Source: Gemmatimonadales bacterium
GTDB lineage: Bacteria > Gemmatimonadota > Gemmatimonadetes > Gemmatimonadales > GWC2-71-9
NCBI GenBank assembly: GCA_036501385.1
Contig: DASYAK010000016.1
Coordinates: 64,996 to 128,995 of the forward strand
Direction of reading: 5' to 3'
Length of the DNA: 64,000 bases
The notes beneath the pieces were generated by a model. It was given only the letters and a program-made list of their open reading frames with translations, made no database searches and was not told where the DNA came from. Within the stretch, counting starts at the first letter, position 1; the number at the start of each line of letters is the position of its first letter. A program made the translations under genes and the position numbers. Shown in pieces: positions 18,090 through 27,505 of this stretch.

Positions 18090-20690
18090 TCACTCGCCGC
18101 CGTTATTCCCCTTCGGGTTGAGGATGTCGCCAATCTCATGGTGGACGTCGGCCAGGTGCGCCCGCGTTTCGGTGTCGGTCGCCTTCTTCTGGGCCGCGAC
18201 GACGTCTCCATCAAGGCTCTTGAGTTCCATCCGAAGGAGCGACTTCACATCACTGCCCGCAGGACCGCTGCCCCGCCCAGCGCCGCCGCCACGACCCCCG
18301 GCCGCACCAGCCGCCGGAGCGGGTGGATTGAGCTTGTTGCGGATATTGTCGAGGTAGGAATGCTGCAACGCGCGCCGATAGGCATCGATCTTGACCGATG
18401 GCGCCGACAGCTCGGTCCACACCCCATGGCGCACGTCGGCGAGCAGTTCGGGAAGCGGATAGACATCGGCCGGATGCATCGCTTCGATCTCGATCATTCG
18501 TGCGAGGCGAGCGTCCTGGAGCACTGATGACAGCGTACGTGCCTGTGCCGCGTTGATCTGCGCCAGGCCCGAATTGTCTTCGATTCTGGTGGTGATCGCC
18601 GGCACGAGGAAGAAGGTCGGCGTCTGGAAAGCGTTCTCGTTGAGGAACCGCACCGCCGCCCGCTGTTTCGCCCCGGCAACCGGCGTGAACACTGCGCCAG
18701 GCTGCGAGCCGTATTTGTCCTGCGTCTCGACCCCGCCAATCACGTTGGCCACGTGGCCGAGCTCTGTCGCCCACTGCCCGATCAGGCGACCGTACAGTTC
18801 GGTGAGGTCGTCGTTGTTCTCGGTCGGTTTGGTGGTAGCCGGAATCAACATCGGGACGAGGCGCTTGATGTTCTTGATCCCGTATCCAGTCGACTTGACC
18901 GGATCGTCGTCGCCGACCGCCTCGGTCTCGCGACGCGGATCGGACGTGTTGCCATCGGCGGCGAACCGGAGCCACGGCTTGGTGTCCTGCTCCCGGGCCA
19001 GCTGATCGAGGGCCGGCCGCTCAGCGTCGGGCGAATTCGCGCCGGGGATCGGCATGTAGCCCCACTTGATCGCGAAGATGTCGTATGGGCCAACGCGGGG
19101 TTTGAGATCCTCGAGCGCAATCCCGTCTTCGGGCTGCGCCACGTAGTTGTAGCGCGAATAGTCCATGATCGACGGACTGTGTCCCATCCGGTGCACGAAG
19201 GTCTTGCTCCGGATCGAATCCGCCGGATACATCGCACTTCCCTTCATGTCGTGCATCAGGCCGAGGGAGTGTCCGATCTCGTGAGCGACAATCCACACGA
19301 TCCCTTCGCCCATCAGCGAATCGGGGAGCGGAAGCGTGCGCGCCCGCGGATCGAGCGGGCCGATCTGGGTCCAGTACCAATCGCGGTTGAGATTCATCAC
19401 GTTGTGATAGATCTGCAGATGGGCGCTGATGATCTCGCCGGTGCGCGGGTCGGCGGTATGCGGCCCGACCGCGTTCTCCGTCGTCGAGGGGAGCCAGTCG
19501 ATCACGGCGTAACGAGCATCTTCCGCCGACCAGTCGGGATCTTCGGCCTTTGACGGAGCCTCCTTCGCCACAATGGCGTCCTTGAACCCCGCTGCTTCAA
19601 AAGCCGGCTGCCACGAGAGGATCGCCTTCTTGATCCACGGCACGATCCATCGCGGCGTCGCCGGATCGACGTAGTAGGTGATCGGTTTCTTCGGGACGCA
19701 GAGATCGCCGACGCGTTGATCCGAACATTCGAGGCGATAGCGATCGATGAACGTCCGGGTTTCGGACTTCTGCGTCGCATGGGCGAAATCGGTGACGCTG
19801 TTGTTGAAGAAGCCGATGCGCGAATCGTAGAGTCGCGGCTGCATCGGCACCTCCGGGAGCTTGAGCATCGACCAATGCACCAGGAAAGTGGCGCTCCCCG
19901 TGGCGCCGCCGCCCCGCCCGCCTCCCGCCTCTGCTGCCCCGCCCGCGCCCCCCTGATTGATCGTGAGGTCGGTCCGGACTTCGACGTTGGTGGGATAGGG
20001 CGCCACACTGCTGAGGAAGGTGCGATTCTGGTCGATCGTGCCGCGATACCGGGACGCGATGCCGATCTCGGACGGCGGGTTCTTGTAGAGCGGAGTGACG
20101 TTGATCACCGCCGCCGAATCGGGACCGTAGGCCGCGACCGGGAACGCCGCGATGATCGGCGCGTAGCTCGCCGCCTCGACCGCGAGCCGAACCGGATTCG
20201 CGCTGTCGCTCGCGACCAGGCCGCTCTCGACGCCGCGCAAGAGGATCCGGTTTCCGCGGCGTTCCCATCGCACCAGGTGGCTGCTGATCATCTGGCCACC
20301 ATACCCCATTCCCTCGGCGGTCTTCTCGATCTCCGTGGTGAGGAGCATGTCCTGGTTCAACTCACCGCGGGGAATCTCGTAAAAGAGGGAGTCACCGATC
20401 TGGTGGGTCTTGAAGAGGCCGTTCCGAGTGTGGATGTCGGCACCCCGGATCACCTGGCCATAGGGCTGGGGTGCCTGGTTGGCACCGCCTCGACCACCGC
20501 CGCGCCCGCCCTGACCAGGAGCCGGTGTCGAGTCGCCGGCCGCTGAGGGAACGCCTGCGCGCCCGACTTGAACCGGGGCGGGCGGAGGAGCTACCGGCGT
20601 CGGCGCGGCCTTGGGGGGAGCCTGATGACAGGCGACGGCTACGAGGCCCGTTCCAAGGACAAGCGAAATCGCGGCACCAATTCGTCTCAT
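18090..20690 (-). CDS. large secreted zinc metalloprotease (HEXXHxxGxxH; DUF5117/DUF4953-type 'zinc-dependent metalloprotease')
   Basis: Track ORF 18090..20747. The likely start is the ATG at 20690 (CAT 20688-20690), giving MRRIGAAISLVLGTGLVAVAC (lipobox-like). The catalytic motif is VAHEIGHSLGLMHDM. Three Gly/Arg-rich inserts are present (GQGGRGGGRGGANQ, GGAGGAAEAGGGRGGGATG, AAGGRGGGAGRGSG). The family name is from memory. Confidence 0.8.
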   Translation of the reverse strand: MRRIGAAISLVLGTGLVAVACHQAPPKAAPTPVAPPPAPVQVGRAGVPSAAGDSTPAPGQGGRGGGRGGANQAPQPYGQVIRGADIHTRNGLFKTHQIGDSLFYEIPRGELNQDMLLTTEIEKTAEGMGYGGQMISSHLVRWERRGNRILLRGVESGLVASDSANPVRLAVEAASYAPIIAAFPVAAYGPDSAAVINVTPLYKNPPSEIGIASRYRGTIDQNRTFLSSVAPYPTNVEVRTDLTINQGGAGGAAEAGGGRGGGATGSATFLVHWSMLKLPEVPMQPRLYDSRIGFFNNSVTDFAHATQKSETRTFIDRYRLECSDQRVGDLCVPKKPITYYVDPATPRWIVPWIKKAILSWQPAFEAAGFKDAIVAKEAPSKAEDPDWSAEDARYAVIDWLPSTTENAVGPHTADPRTGEIISAHLQIYHNVMNLNRDWYWTQIGPLDPRARTLPLPDSLMGEGIVWIVAHEIGHSLGLMHDMKGSAMYPADSIRSKTFVHRMGHSPSIMDYSRYNYVAQPEDGIALEDLKPRVGPYDIFAIKWGYMPIPGANSPDAERPALDQLAREQDTKPWLRFAADGNTSDPRRETEAVGDDDPVKSTGYGIKNIKRLVPMLIPATTKPTENNDDLTELYGRLIGQWATELGHVANVIGGVETQDKYGSQPGAVFTPVAGAKQRAAVRFLNENAFQTPTFFLVPAITTRIEDNSGLAQINAAQARTLSSVLQDARLARMIEIEAMHPADVYPLPELLADVRHGVWTELSAPSVKIDAYRRALQHSYLDNIRNKLNPPAPAAGAAGGRGGGAGRGSGPAGSDVKSLLRMELKSLDGDVVAAQKKATDTETRAHLADVHHEIGDILNPKGNNGGE

Positions 20691-20772
20691 GGCACAGTCG
20701 TGGACAGGGTGGACTTGGATGGGGCAATTGTCACGGAATTCCCCCAAACGTAGCGCACCCTCAGCCTAGTGC

Positions 20773-23700
20773 CTATACCTCCAGGCGGTCGCCGGGGCGC
20801 GCGGAACCGACGTAGAGCACCGGCATCAGGAAGACCGAAATCAGGAGTCGCGAAAAGAGCCCTCCCACGATCACCAGCGCGAACGGCTTCTGCGAATCGG
20901 ATCCGACGCCGGTGGAGATCGCCGCTGGCAGCAGCCCGAGCGCCGCGACGAGCGCCGTCATCATGATGGGCCGGAGTCGCTGCGATGCCGATTCTCGCGC
21001 CGCATCGGCGATCCCCATGCCACGCAGCCGCAACTCGTTCACGTACGAGATGTAGACCACGGCGGTCTGCACCGACACACCGAACAGCGCCAGGAAACCG
21101 ATCCCCGACGACACCGACAACGGGGTTCCGGTGATCGCCAGCGCCACGAGACCGCCTACCGGAGCCGACAGAACCACGCCGATCACCGTAATCAGCGGGA
21201 AAGCAAAGTTGCGATACAGAGCGAAGAGGAGGACGAAGATCAGGACGATCGTAAGCGGAAGGACCAGAGCGAGCTGGCCGCGCGATGCCGTGTACTCCTC
21301 GTACTCGCCGCCCCAGTCCGCGTGGTATCCTGCGGGGAGTTTGACCTTCGCTGCGACCTGTCGCTGGGCATCCTGCACTGCGCCGGCCAGGTCGCGGCCT
21401 TCGACGCCGTATTGCACGCCGATGTACCGTGAACTGTTCTCGCGATAGATGTATGACGCGCCGCTCGACACCTCGATCTTGGCCAACTCGCGCAGCGGCA
21501 CCTGTTGCCCGGTGGGCGTCGACATCAGGATGGCGCCGATTTCCTCCGGGGTTTGCCGGAACTGCGGCTGGAGCCGCACGACGAGGTCGAAGAGCTGCTC
21601 GCCCTGCACCACCTGGGTTGCGGCGTTGCCGCCGACGGCGGCCGAGATCAGCGCGTTCACGTCACCGACGTTGACGCCGTATTGCGCAATTCTGGCTCGA
21701 TCGATCGTGATCGTGAGGCTGGGCTGGCCCAGCTCGTGTACCTGGCTGATCCGGCCGATCCCCCGGACGTGCTGCAGGACCGCCGCGATCTCTCCGGCCT
21801 TCGCTTCGAGAATCTTGAGATCGCTGCCGAAGATCTTGACCGCCAGTGAGCTCTTGAGACCGGTCTCGGCCTCGTCAACGGCGTCTTCCGCCGGCTGGGT
21901 GTAGTTGAATTCGACCCCTGGGAAGCGCACCAGCTTGTCGTTGATCGCGTCAGTCAGTGCGGCCTTGGTGCGATACGGCCCGCGCCACTCCGAATACGGC
22001 TTGAGGCCAACGAAAAATTCCGCGTTGAAGAATCCGGTCGGATCGCTGCCGTCGTCGGGCCGCCCATGCTCGGACGCGACATCGGTCACCTCGGGAAACG
22101 ACTTGAGGATGGTCCGGATCTGCGGTACCAGGCGCGCCGATTCATCGAGCGAAATTGTCGCCGGCATCGTGGCCCGGACCCACAGTGCTCCTTCGTCGAG
22201 ATGCGGCATGAATTCGGCGCCGAGGCGCGTCGACAGGATCAGCGCGCCGGCGAAGATCACGACCGACGCCAGTACCGTCAATTTCGGCCACGCCAGGCAC
22301 CAGTCGAGCGCCGACATGTACCGGTCGCGCACCCATTCGAAGACGTTGTTCCGCCGCTCCTTGACCCCGCTGCGGAGAATCATCGAGCAGAGGACCGGCA
22401 GGACCGTGAGGGCCAGGATCAGCGACCCGATCAGCGCGAAGATCGTCGTATCGGCCATCGGCTTGAAGAGTCGCCCCGATGGTCCCGACAGGACGTAGAT
22501 CGGCAGGAACCCCGCGACGATGATAGCCACGGCATACACGATCGGGCGGTCGACCTCAGCCGCCGCTTCGCTCAGCACGCTGCGAATCGAGTAACCGGTG
22601 CCATGTTGTCGCGCCAGCGTGCGGTGGATATTCTCGACCATCACTACCGCACCGTCGACGAGAATGCCGAAGTCGATTGCACCGATCGACAGCAGGTTCG
22701 CGGGAATATGCTTGATGTCGAGACAGATGAACGCGAATAGGAGCGACAGCGGGATCGTGGCGGCCACGATCAATCCCGACCGGAAATCGAAGAGGAAGAA
22801 GATCAGGACCACGATCACCAGGACGATCCCGCGGGCGAGATTGTCCTCCACGGTGCGGGTCGTCAGCGCAATCAGGTCGCTTCGATCATAGAAGGGCTTG
22901 ATCTTGACATCCTTGGGAAGGACCGACGTGTTCAACTCTTCGGTCTTCTTCTCCACTCCCTTGAGCACCGTCTGCGCTTGCTCGCCGGTGCGCATCAGGA
23001 TCACGCCTTCGACGGCGTCGCTGTCGTTGTTGAAGCCGAATATTCCTGTACGCGGCGGATTGCCGATGGCCACGGTTCCGACATCGCGCACCAGGATCGG
23101 CGTCCCGCCGCGCACGGCGAGGACGACGTTTTCAATGTCTTCCGGCGTCTGGAGCCGGCCGAGGCCACGCACGTAGTAGAACTGACCGCCCTCGGAGTAG
23201 AAGCCGCCGCCGGCGTTACCGTTGTTGTTGCCCAGCGCGTTCGAGACGTCGGAGACGCCGAGGCCTGCCGCCGCAAGCTTGGTCGGGTCGAGATCGACGT
23301 GATACTCCATCGTCGGTCCGCCGAATCCCGACATGTCTGCCACGCCCTTGACCGACTTGTAGGCCTTGGAGATCACCCAGTCGTTCAGCGTCTTGAGTTC
23401 CATTGCCGATCGATCGGGGCTCTGCATGACGTAGCGATACACCAGACCCGACGGAGAGAAGAGCGGCTCGACGCCGGCGCTCACGCCATCGGGAAGCGTG
23501 ACGTCGGCCAGCCGCTCGAAGACCTGCTGTCGCGCGAAATACGGATCGGTTCCATCGTCGAAGGTCAGGTCGACTGATGAGAGGCCGAAGAAGGAGATCG
23601 ACCGCAGGACGTGGAGCCCCGGTGCTCCATTCATCTCGGTTTCGATCGGGACAGTAATCAGGCGTTCCACTTCTTCGGCAGCCTGGCCGGGCCATTGCGT

Positions 23701-23913
23701 CGTTATGCTGACGATCGGCGGCGAGAGATCGGGATACGCGTCGATCGGAAGACGCGAAAACGACCACACCCCTGCAGCCGCCATCGCACCAGCCGCGACC
23801 AGCACCAGCAGCGGCTGCGCCAGGGCGGTCGCGACGATGCGGTGAATCACCGACCGGCGCGTCGACGACGGATCGGGCACCTCGTGACCGTGCGTACTAT
23901 GCGGATCGGTCAT
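20773..23913 (-). CDS. czcA: heavy-metal-efflux (HME) RND inner-membrane pump, CzcA/CusA family
   Basis: 1046 aa. The N-terminus IVATALAQPLLVLVAAGAMAAAGVWSFSRLPIDAYPDLSPPIVSITTQWPGQAAEEVERLITVPIE is typical of CzcA/CusA. It has two large periplasmic loops and 12 hydrophobic segments. The start ATG overlaps the adaptor gene stop (ATGA at 23910-23913). The N-terminal tail is His-rich (HSTHGHE). Confidence 0.9.
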   Translation of the reverse strand: MTDPHSTHGHEVPDPSSTRRSVIHRIVATALAQPLLVLVAAGAMAAAGVWSFSRLPIDAYPDLSPPIVSITTQWPGQAAEEVERLITVPIETEMNGAPGLHVLRSISFFGLSSVDLTFDDGTDPYFARQQVFERLADVTLPDGVSAGVEPLFSPSGLVYRYVMQSPDRSAMELKTLNDWVISKAYKSVKGVADMSGFGGPTMEYHVDLDPTKLAAAGLGVSDVSNALGNNNGNAGGGFYSEGGQFYYVRGLGRLQTPEDIENVVLAVRGGTPILVRDVGTVAIGNPPRTGIFGFNNDSDAVEGVILMRTGEQAQTVLKGVEKKTEELNTSVLPKDVKIKPFYDRSDLIALTTRTVEDNLARGIVLVIVVLIFFLFDFRSGLIVAATIPLSLLFAFICLDIKHIPANLLSIGAIDFGILVDGAVVMVENIHRTLARQHGTGYSIRSVLSEAAAEVDRPIVYAVAIIVAGFLPIYVLSGPSGRLFKPMADTTIFALIGSLILALTVLPVLCSMILRSGVKERRNNVFEWVRDRYMSALDWCLAWPKLTVLASVVIFAGALILSTRLGAEFMPHLDEGALWVRATMPATISLDESARLVPQIRTILKSFPEVTDVASEHGRPDDGSDPTGFFNAEFFVGLKPYSEWRGPYRTKAALTDAINDKLVRFPGVEFNYTQPAEDAVDEAETGLKSSLAVKIFGSDLKILEAKAGEIAAVLQHVRGIGRISQVHELGQPSLTITIDRARIAQYGVNVGDVNALISAAVGGNAATQVVQGEQLFDLVVRLQPQFRQTPEEIGAILMSTPTGQQVPLRELAKIEVSSGASYIYRENSSRYIGVQYGVEGRDLAGAVQDAQRQVAAKVKLPAGYHADWGGEYEEYTASRGQLALVLPLTIVLIFVLLFALYRNFAFPLITVIGVVLSAPVGGLVALAITGTPLSVSSGIGFLALFGVSVQTAVVYISYVNELRLRGMGIADAARESASQRLRPIMMTALVAALGLLPAAISTGVGSDSQKPFALVIVGGLFSRLLISVFLMPVLYVGSARPGDRLEV

Positions 23914-25067
23914 TGCGACGCTGCTTCCTGAAGGAAGAGCGCTCCCTGCGTCACCAGGCTGTCGCCCGGAACGAGCCCGCTGGTGACTTCGTAGACGTCG
24001 CCGGTGCGACCGCCAAGCGCGATGCGGCGGCGATTGAAGTGATTGTTGCCGGCGTCGAGATAGACGAAGGGCAGATTGTCGTCGTCGCGCAGTACCGCGG
24101 ACACCGGAATCACGATCGCTTTGCGCGGGCGAGCGCCGAGAATCTCGACGTGGACCAGCATGTTCTGCTTGAGCCGGTCACGGGAATTCGGGACCACGAT
24201 CCGGACGCCCATCGCCTTGCTGTCTGGATCGACGAGCGCGCCGACATAGTCGACCCGGCCCGGAAACGAATCAGCCACTCCCTCGATCCTGACCACGGTG
24301 GGTTCGCCCTTGAATACCGAAGCGGCGTCGCCCTCGAAGACGTTGCCGATCACCCACACCGACGACAGGTCGGCGATCGTGAAGGTCGGCGTAGTCCCGG
24401 CCTGGAGCAGCTGGCCCCGGGTGATCAGACGTTCGACGACGACTCCCGCGATCGGCGCGCGAATCGCGGCCTCGGCCCCTGCGACCGTCTTCCCCTGGCG
24501 GATCGCATCGATCGAAGTCGAGTCGATTCCAAGCGCCGTCAATTGCTGCGACGCCGCGTCGCGGTCTGCTTCCGCCGATGCGAGATCGGCGCGGGCCTGG
24601 TCAAGATCGGTGCGAGCAAGCGCGTCGTTCGCGAAGAGTTTTTCGTCGAGCGTTGCGATTCGCTGCGCGTTTCGAAGCGCGGTCTCGGCCTTCCGATACG
24701 ACGCCACGTCGGCGGCATAATCGGGCGAGGCCACGCTGGCGAGGACTTCTCCAGGGTGCACCGAATCGCCCACGTCAACGGCAAGGCGCGACACCGGCCC
24801 GGAGATCGATGCAATTACCTGGGTCGACTTGTCGCCGTTGAAGTTGACGGTACCGGTCGTGGGGATCGTCGGATTGTAGGTCCGTTCCGCCACCGGGGCG
24901 GTGGTGACCTGGGCTCGCTGTGCCGCGGTGACGGTGACCGAGCTATCGGTCGTGGCTGCGGATGAGGCCGGCGTTTCCTGGTGTCTGCCGCATCCAGCGA
25001 GCACGGACGAGGCGGCAATCGCCATCACGGTAAATGCCCAGCCGCGGGACGAAATGCGTCGGATCAT
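23910..25067 (-). CDS. RND efflux periplasmic adaptor (membrane fusion protein, CzcB/CusB-like)
   Basis: 385 aa with a lipoprotein-type signal (MAIAASSVLAGC). It has a coiled-coil hairpin region (DVASYRKAETALRNAQRIATLDEKL...DLDQARADLASAEADRDAASQQL) and beta-barrel C-terminal domains. ATGA overlaps occur on both sides (23910-23913, 25064-25067). Confidence 0.85.
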   Translation of the reverse strand: MIRRISSRGWAFTVMAIAASSVLAGCGRHQETPASSAATTDSSVTVTAAQRAQVTTAPVAERTYNPTIPTTGTVNFNGDKSTQVIASISGPVSRLAVDVGDSVHPGEVLASVASPDYAADVASYRKAETALRNAQRIATLDEKLFANDALARTDLDQARADLASAEADRDAASQQLTALGIDSTSIDAIRQGKTVAGAEAAIRAPIAGVVVERLITRGQLLQAGTTPTFTIADLSSVWVIGNVFEGDAASVFKGEPTVVRIEGVADSFPGRVDYVGALVDPDSKAMGVRIVVPNSRDRLKQNMLVHVEILGARPRKAIVIPVSAVLRDDDNLPFVYLDAGNNHFNRRRIALGGRTGDVYEVTSGLVPGDSLVTQGALFLQEAASQ

Positions 25068-26446
25068 CGTGCAGCTCCAGTTGCGAACGTCGCCAGTGGG
25101 ACTCCCACGGCGCGCTCCAGGTCGGCCCGTGCGCTGCTGGCCGCAGCGAGGGCATCGGTGTATTGGCTTTCGGCGTCGAGAAGTGCCGAACGCGCGGTGT
25201 TGACTTCGAGCGCGGACAGTCCGCCGAGGGCATAGCTCGCCGCCGCAATGCGATAGGCGAGCCGGGCGGCCGGAAGCAGCTGATCACGGACGTACACTGC
25301 CTGGCGGAGGGCCGCGTCAGCGGTAGCATAGGCGGCCCGAACGTCTTGCCCGACGGCCGCTTCGGCATCGCGGTAGGTCGCGCTCAGTTCGTCTTCGCGG
25401 AAGCGGTCCTCGGCGATCTCGCCGCGACTGTGATTCCAGTAGAGAAGCGGGATCGGGAACGAGATCGCCGTGGTGAGATATCCTGGCACCGGATCGGCGA
25501 GGTAATCCTTGGAAACGCCGATGGTAAAGTCCGGATACCAGAATTCGCGAGCGAGGTCTGTCGTCGCGTGCGCGCCTTCCTGCTGCCGTTGCAGCGACGC
25601 CAGCTCGGGACGGTGTTGCAACGCCGCACTCTCAAGGGCGGGGAGACCGGGAAGCGGCGGCGGAACGGCGAGCGAATCGGCGGTCAGGATTGGCGCGCCA
25701 AGATTGCGCCCGAGCAGCCGGTTGAGCGACGACCTCGCATTGGCGATGTCCCGCTCGTTCGCGATCAGCTGATTTTCGACCTGCCCCACTGCAACGTCAG
25801 CATTGACCACGTCGAGACGCGCCACCGTTCCGGCGTCAAAACGAGCCCGCGTCTTGGTTGCGAAATCGCGAGCGAGAGAATCCCCCTCGCGAAGATTTGC
25901 CCGATGGCCCAGTGCCGCGAGGAGCGAGTCGTATGTCTGTGCGGTCGCCGATGCGAGTGTCCTGCCGGTCGCCGTCGAATCGAATTCGCTCTGCCTGATC
26001 CCGGCTGTGCCGATCCTGCCATTGAGGCGGAACTTGTCGAAGAACGGGACGGTGATCGATGCACCGAGGATCCGGTCAGTCCCGCCCCCAAGCCCGAACG
26101 GCGCCTGAGAGTTGTCCCACTCGGCGTTGAAGGTCGGATCGGGAAGTGCCACCCCCTCAACTTTCCGCGCGCGGGCCTGCTGCACCTGGGCTCCGGCAAT
26201 CTGCAGCTGGGGATTTACGGCGATTGCTCGCGCGACGGCCGCGACCCGCGTAATGCAGAGCGAGTCGACGAGACGTCCGGCAGTGCTTGGCGTCGGCTTG
26301 GCACACTCGGGCGCCGCCGGTGGCCCTTCAGCGGGCGGTGGTGTACTGGCGGGTCCCGGCTGCTGAGCCAACCCGGCACGCGCCAAGGTCGCCAGCGCGC
26401 CGGCAAGGAACAGATATCTCATGCGCTTCCACGGTAAGAGACGCAA
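25064..26446 (-). CDS. TolC-family outer-membrane efflux protein (CzcC-like)
   Basis: 460 aa with a signal peptide (an alternative start is M9, MRYLFLAGALATLARAGLAQQ, at 26422). It has the two-repeat Ala/Leu/Arg-rich helical pattern typical of outer-membrane factors. It is first of the three efflux genes, giving C-B-A order. Confidence 0.85.
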   Translation of the reverse strand: MRLLPWKRMRYLFLAGALATLARAGLAQQPGPASTPPPAEGPPAAPECAKPTPSTAGRLVDSLCITRVAAVARAIAVNPQLQIAGAQVQQARARKVEGVALPDPTFNAEWDNSQAPFGLGGGTDRILGASITVPFFDKFRLNGRIGTAGIRQSEFDSTATGRTLASATAQTYDSLLAALGHRANLREGDSLARDFATKTRARFDAGTVARLDVVNADVAVGQVENQLIANERDIANARSSLNRLLGRNLGAPILTADSLAVPPPLPGLPALESAALQHRPELASLQRQQEGAHATTDLAREFWYPDFTIGVSKDYLADPVPGYLTTAISFPIPLLYWNHSRGEIAEDRFREDELSATYRDAEAAVGQDVRAAYATADAALRQAVYVRDQLLPAARLAYRIAAASYALGGLSALEVNTARSALLDAESQYTDALAAASSARADLERAVGVPLATFATGAAR

Positions 26447-26485
26447 GCCGGCCCACAGGGGCGCGGCTCGACTACCAACAACGCG

Positions 26486-26893
26486 TCAGCTCACGAGTGG
26501 GGGAGCGCGGGACCGATGGGTGGAAGGGTTCTCGTCGCCGAGAAAGATTGCGGTGCGGAGCTCCAGACGGCCACGCTCGGCGAATGCCAGCGTCGGAATC
26601 CGGACGTTTGACGTCTGCTGTGCGTGAAGCGATTGCGCAATGCAGGCGGGGCAGGTCGTCGGGTTATGCGGCGGGCGATGGTTCTGCTGGGCACCAATCG
26701 CGGCCCCGCGGGAAGGAACTGGAATAGCACCCGCAGAGGTACGCCCAGCCTGAGCGTCGTGGACCTCGACTAATGGGGCAAAGACGATGGCGACCTGCGC
26801 CAGAACTGCCACCAGGGCAAGTCCCCGCCGGGTCGTCGATCGCATCGCCTTGCTACTCAGCCAAACCATAGGCCGGGAAGGGTAAGCCCCCAT
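26486..26893 (-). CDS. small membrane-anchored protein with His-flanked CPAC motif (DUF2946-like?), first gene of the HME-RND operon
   Basis: 135 aa, with alternative starts at M9 (26869) and M17 (26845). There is one N-terminal hydrophobic helix, GLALVAVLAQVAIVFAPLV. The C-terminal part contains HRPPHNPTTCPACIAQSLHAQQ. It lies 39 nt upstream of the OMF gene on the same strand. The family assignment is a guess. Confidence 0.5.
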   Translation of the reverse strand: MGAYPSRPMVWLSSKAMRSTTRRGLALVAVLAQVAIVFAPLVEVHDAQAGRTSAGAIPVPSRGAAIGAQQNHRPPHNPTTCPACIAQSLHAQQTSNVRIPTLAFAERGRLELRTAIFLGDENPSTHRSRAPPLVS

Positions 26894-26947
26894 CGGCTCG
26901 CACGGTAGTTCACCGTTTCCTCAAGAAACAGCATGCTCCGCAGCCAA

Positions 26948-27379
26948 TCAGCCGTTGATCCGCGTCAGATTGAGGGTGATCGGGACAGCGGAGAGGGCCT
27001 TCGACACTGGGCAATTGTTCTTGGCATCCTCGGCAATGCGGTTGAGGGCATCCGCCGCGATCCCCGGCACGTCAGCCCGGCAGTCGAGGTCGATCCGGGT
27101 GATTGCAAATCCACTGCTGCCCTGCTCAACGTTGACCGTTGCCGTCGTCTCGATGCTGCGGGGAACCGTCCCGTCCTTCGACAGTGCCGCCGAGAGCGCC
27201 ATCGAAAAACAGGCGGCATGCGCGGTGGCAATCAGCTCTTCGGGGTTGGTCCCCGACGTGTCCGCGCCAAAGCGCGATCCGAACGAATAGGTGCCCGACA
27301 CGGCGCCGCGTTCACTCTTGAGCGTTCCCTTCCCTCCCTTGATGTCGCCTTCCCAGCGTGCGGTTCCTGTGCGCTGCAT
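26948..27379 (-). CDS. OsmC family peroxiredoxin / organic hydroperoxide reductase-like protein
   Basis: Track ORF 26948..27418. The preferred start is the ATG at 27379 (CAT 27377-27379) with GGAGG 7 nt upstream. The sequence MQRTGTARWEGDIKGGKGTLK...GTNPEELIATAHAACFSMAL...AKNNCPVSKAL carries the two conserved OsmC cysteines. Confidence 0.85.
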   Translation of the reverse strand: MQRTGTARWEGDIKGGKGTLKSERGAVSGTYSFGSRFGADTSGTNPEELIATAHAACFSMALSAALSKDGTVPRSIETTATVNVEQGSSGFAITRIDLDCRADVPGIAADALNRIAEDAKNNCPVSKALSAVPITLNLTRING

Positions 27380-27505
27380 CGTGCTGCCTCCGGCATCTGT
27401 GATGTAGTCGAACGCCAACTCCCGATCGAAGACGATCGACGGCCGGTACGGCGCACGGCTTCAGGGCCACGCCCTCCGCACCGGCCATGCAATCCCGACG
27501 TGCGA

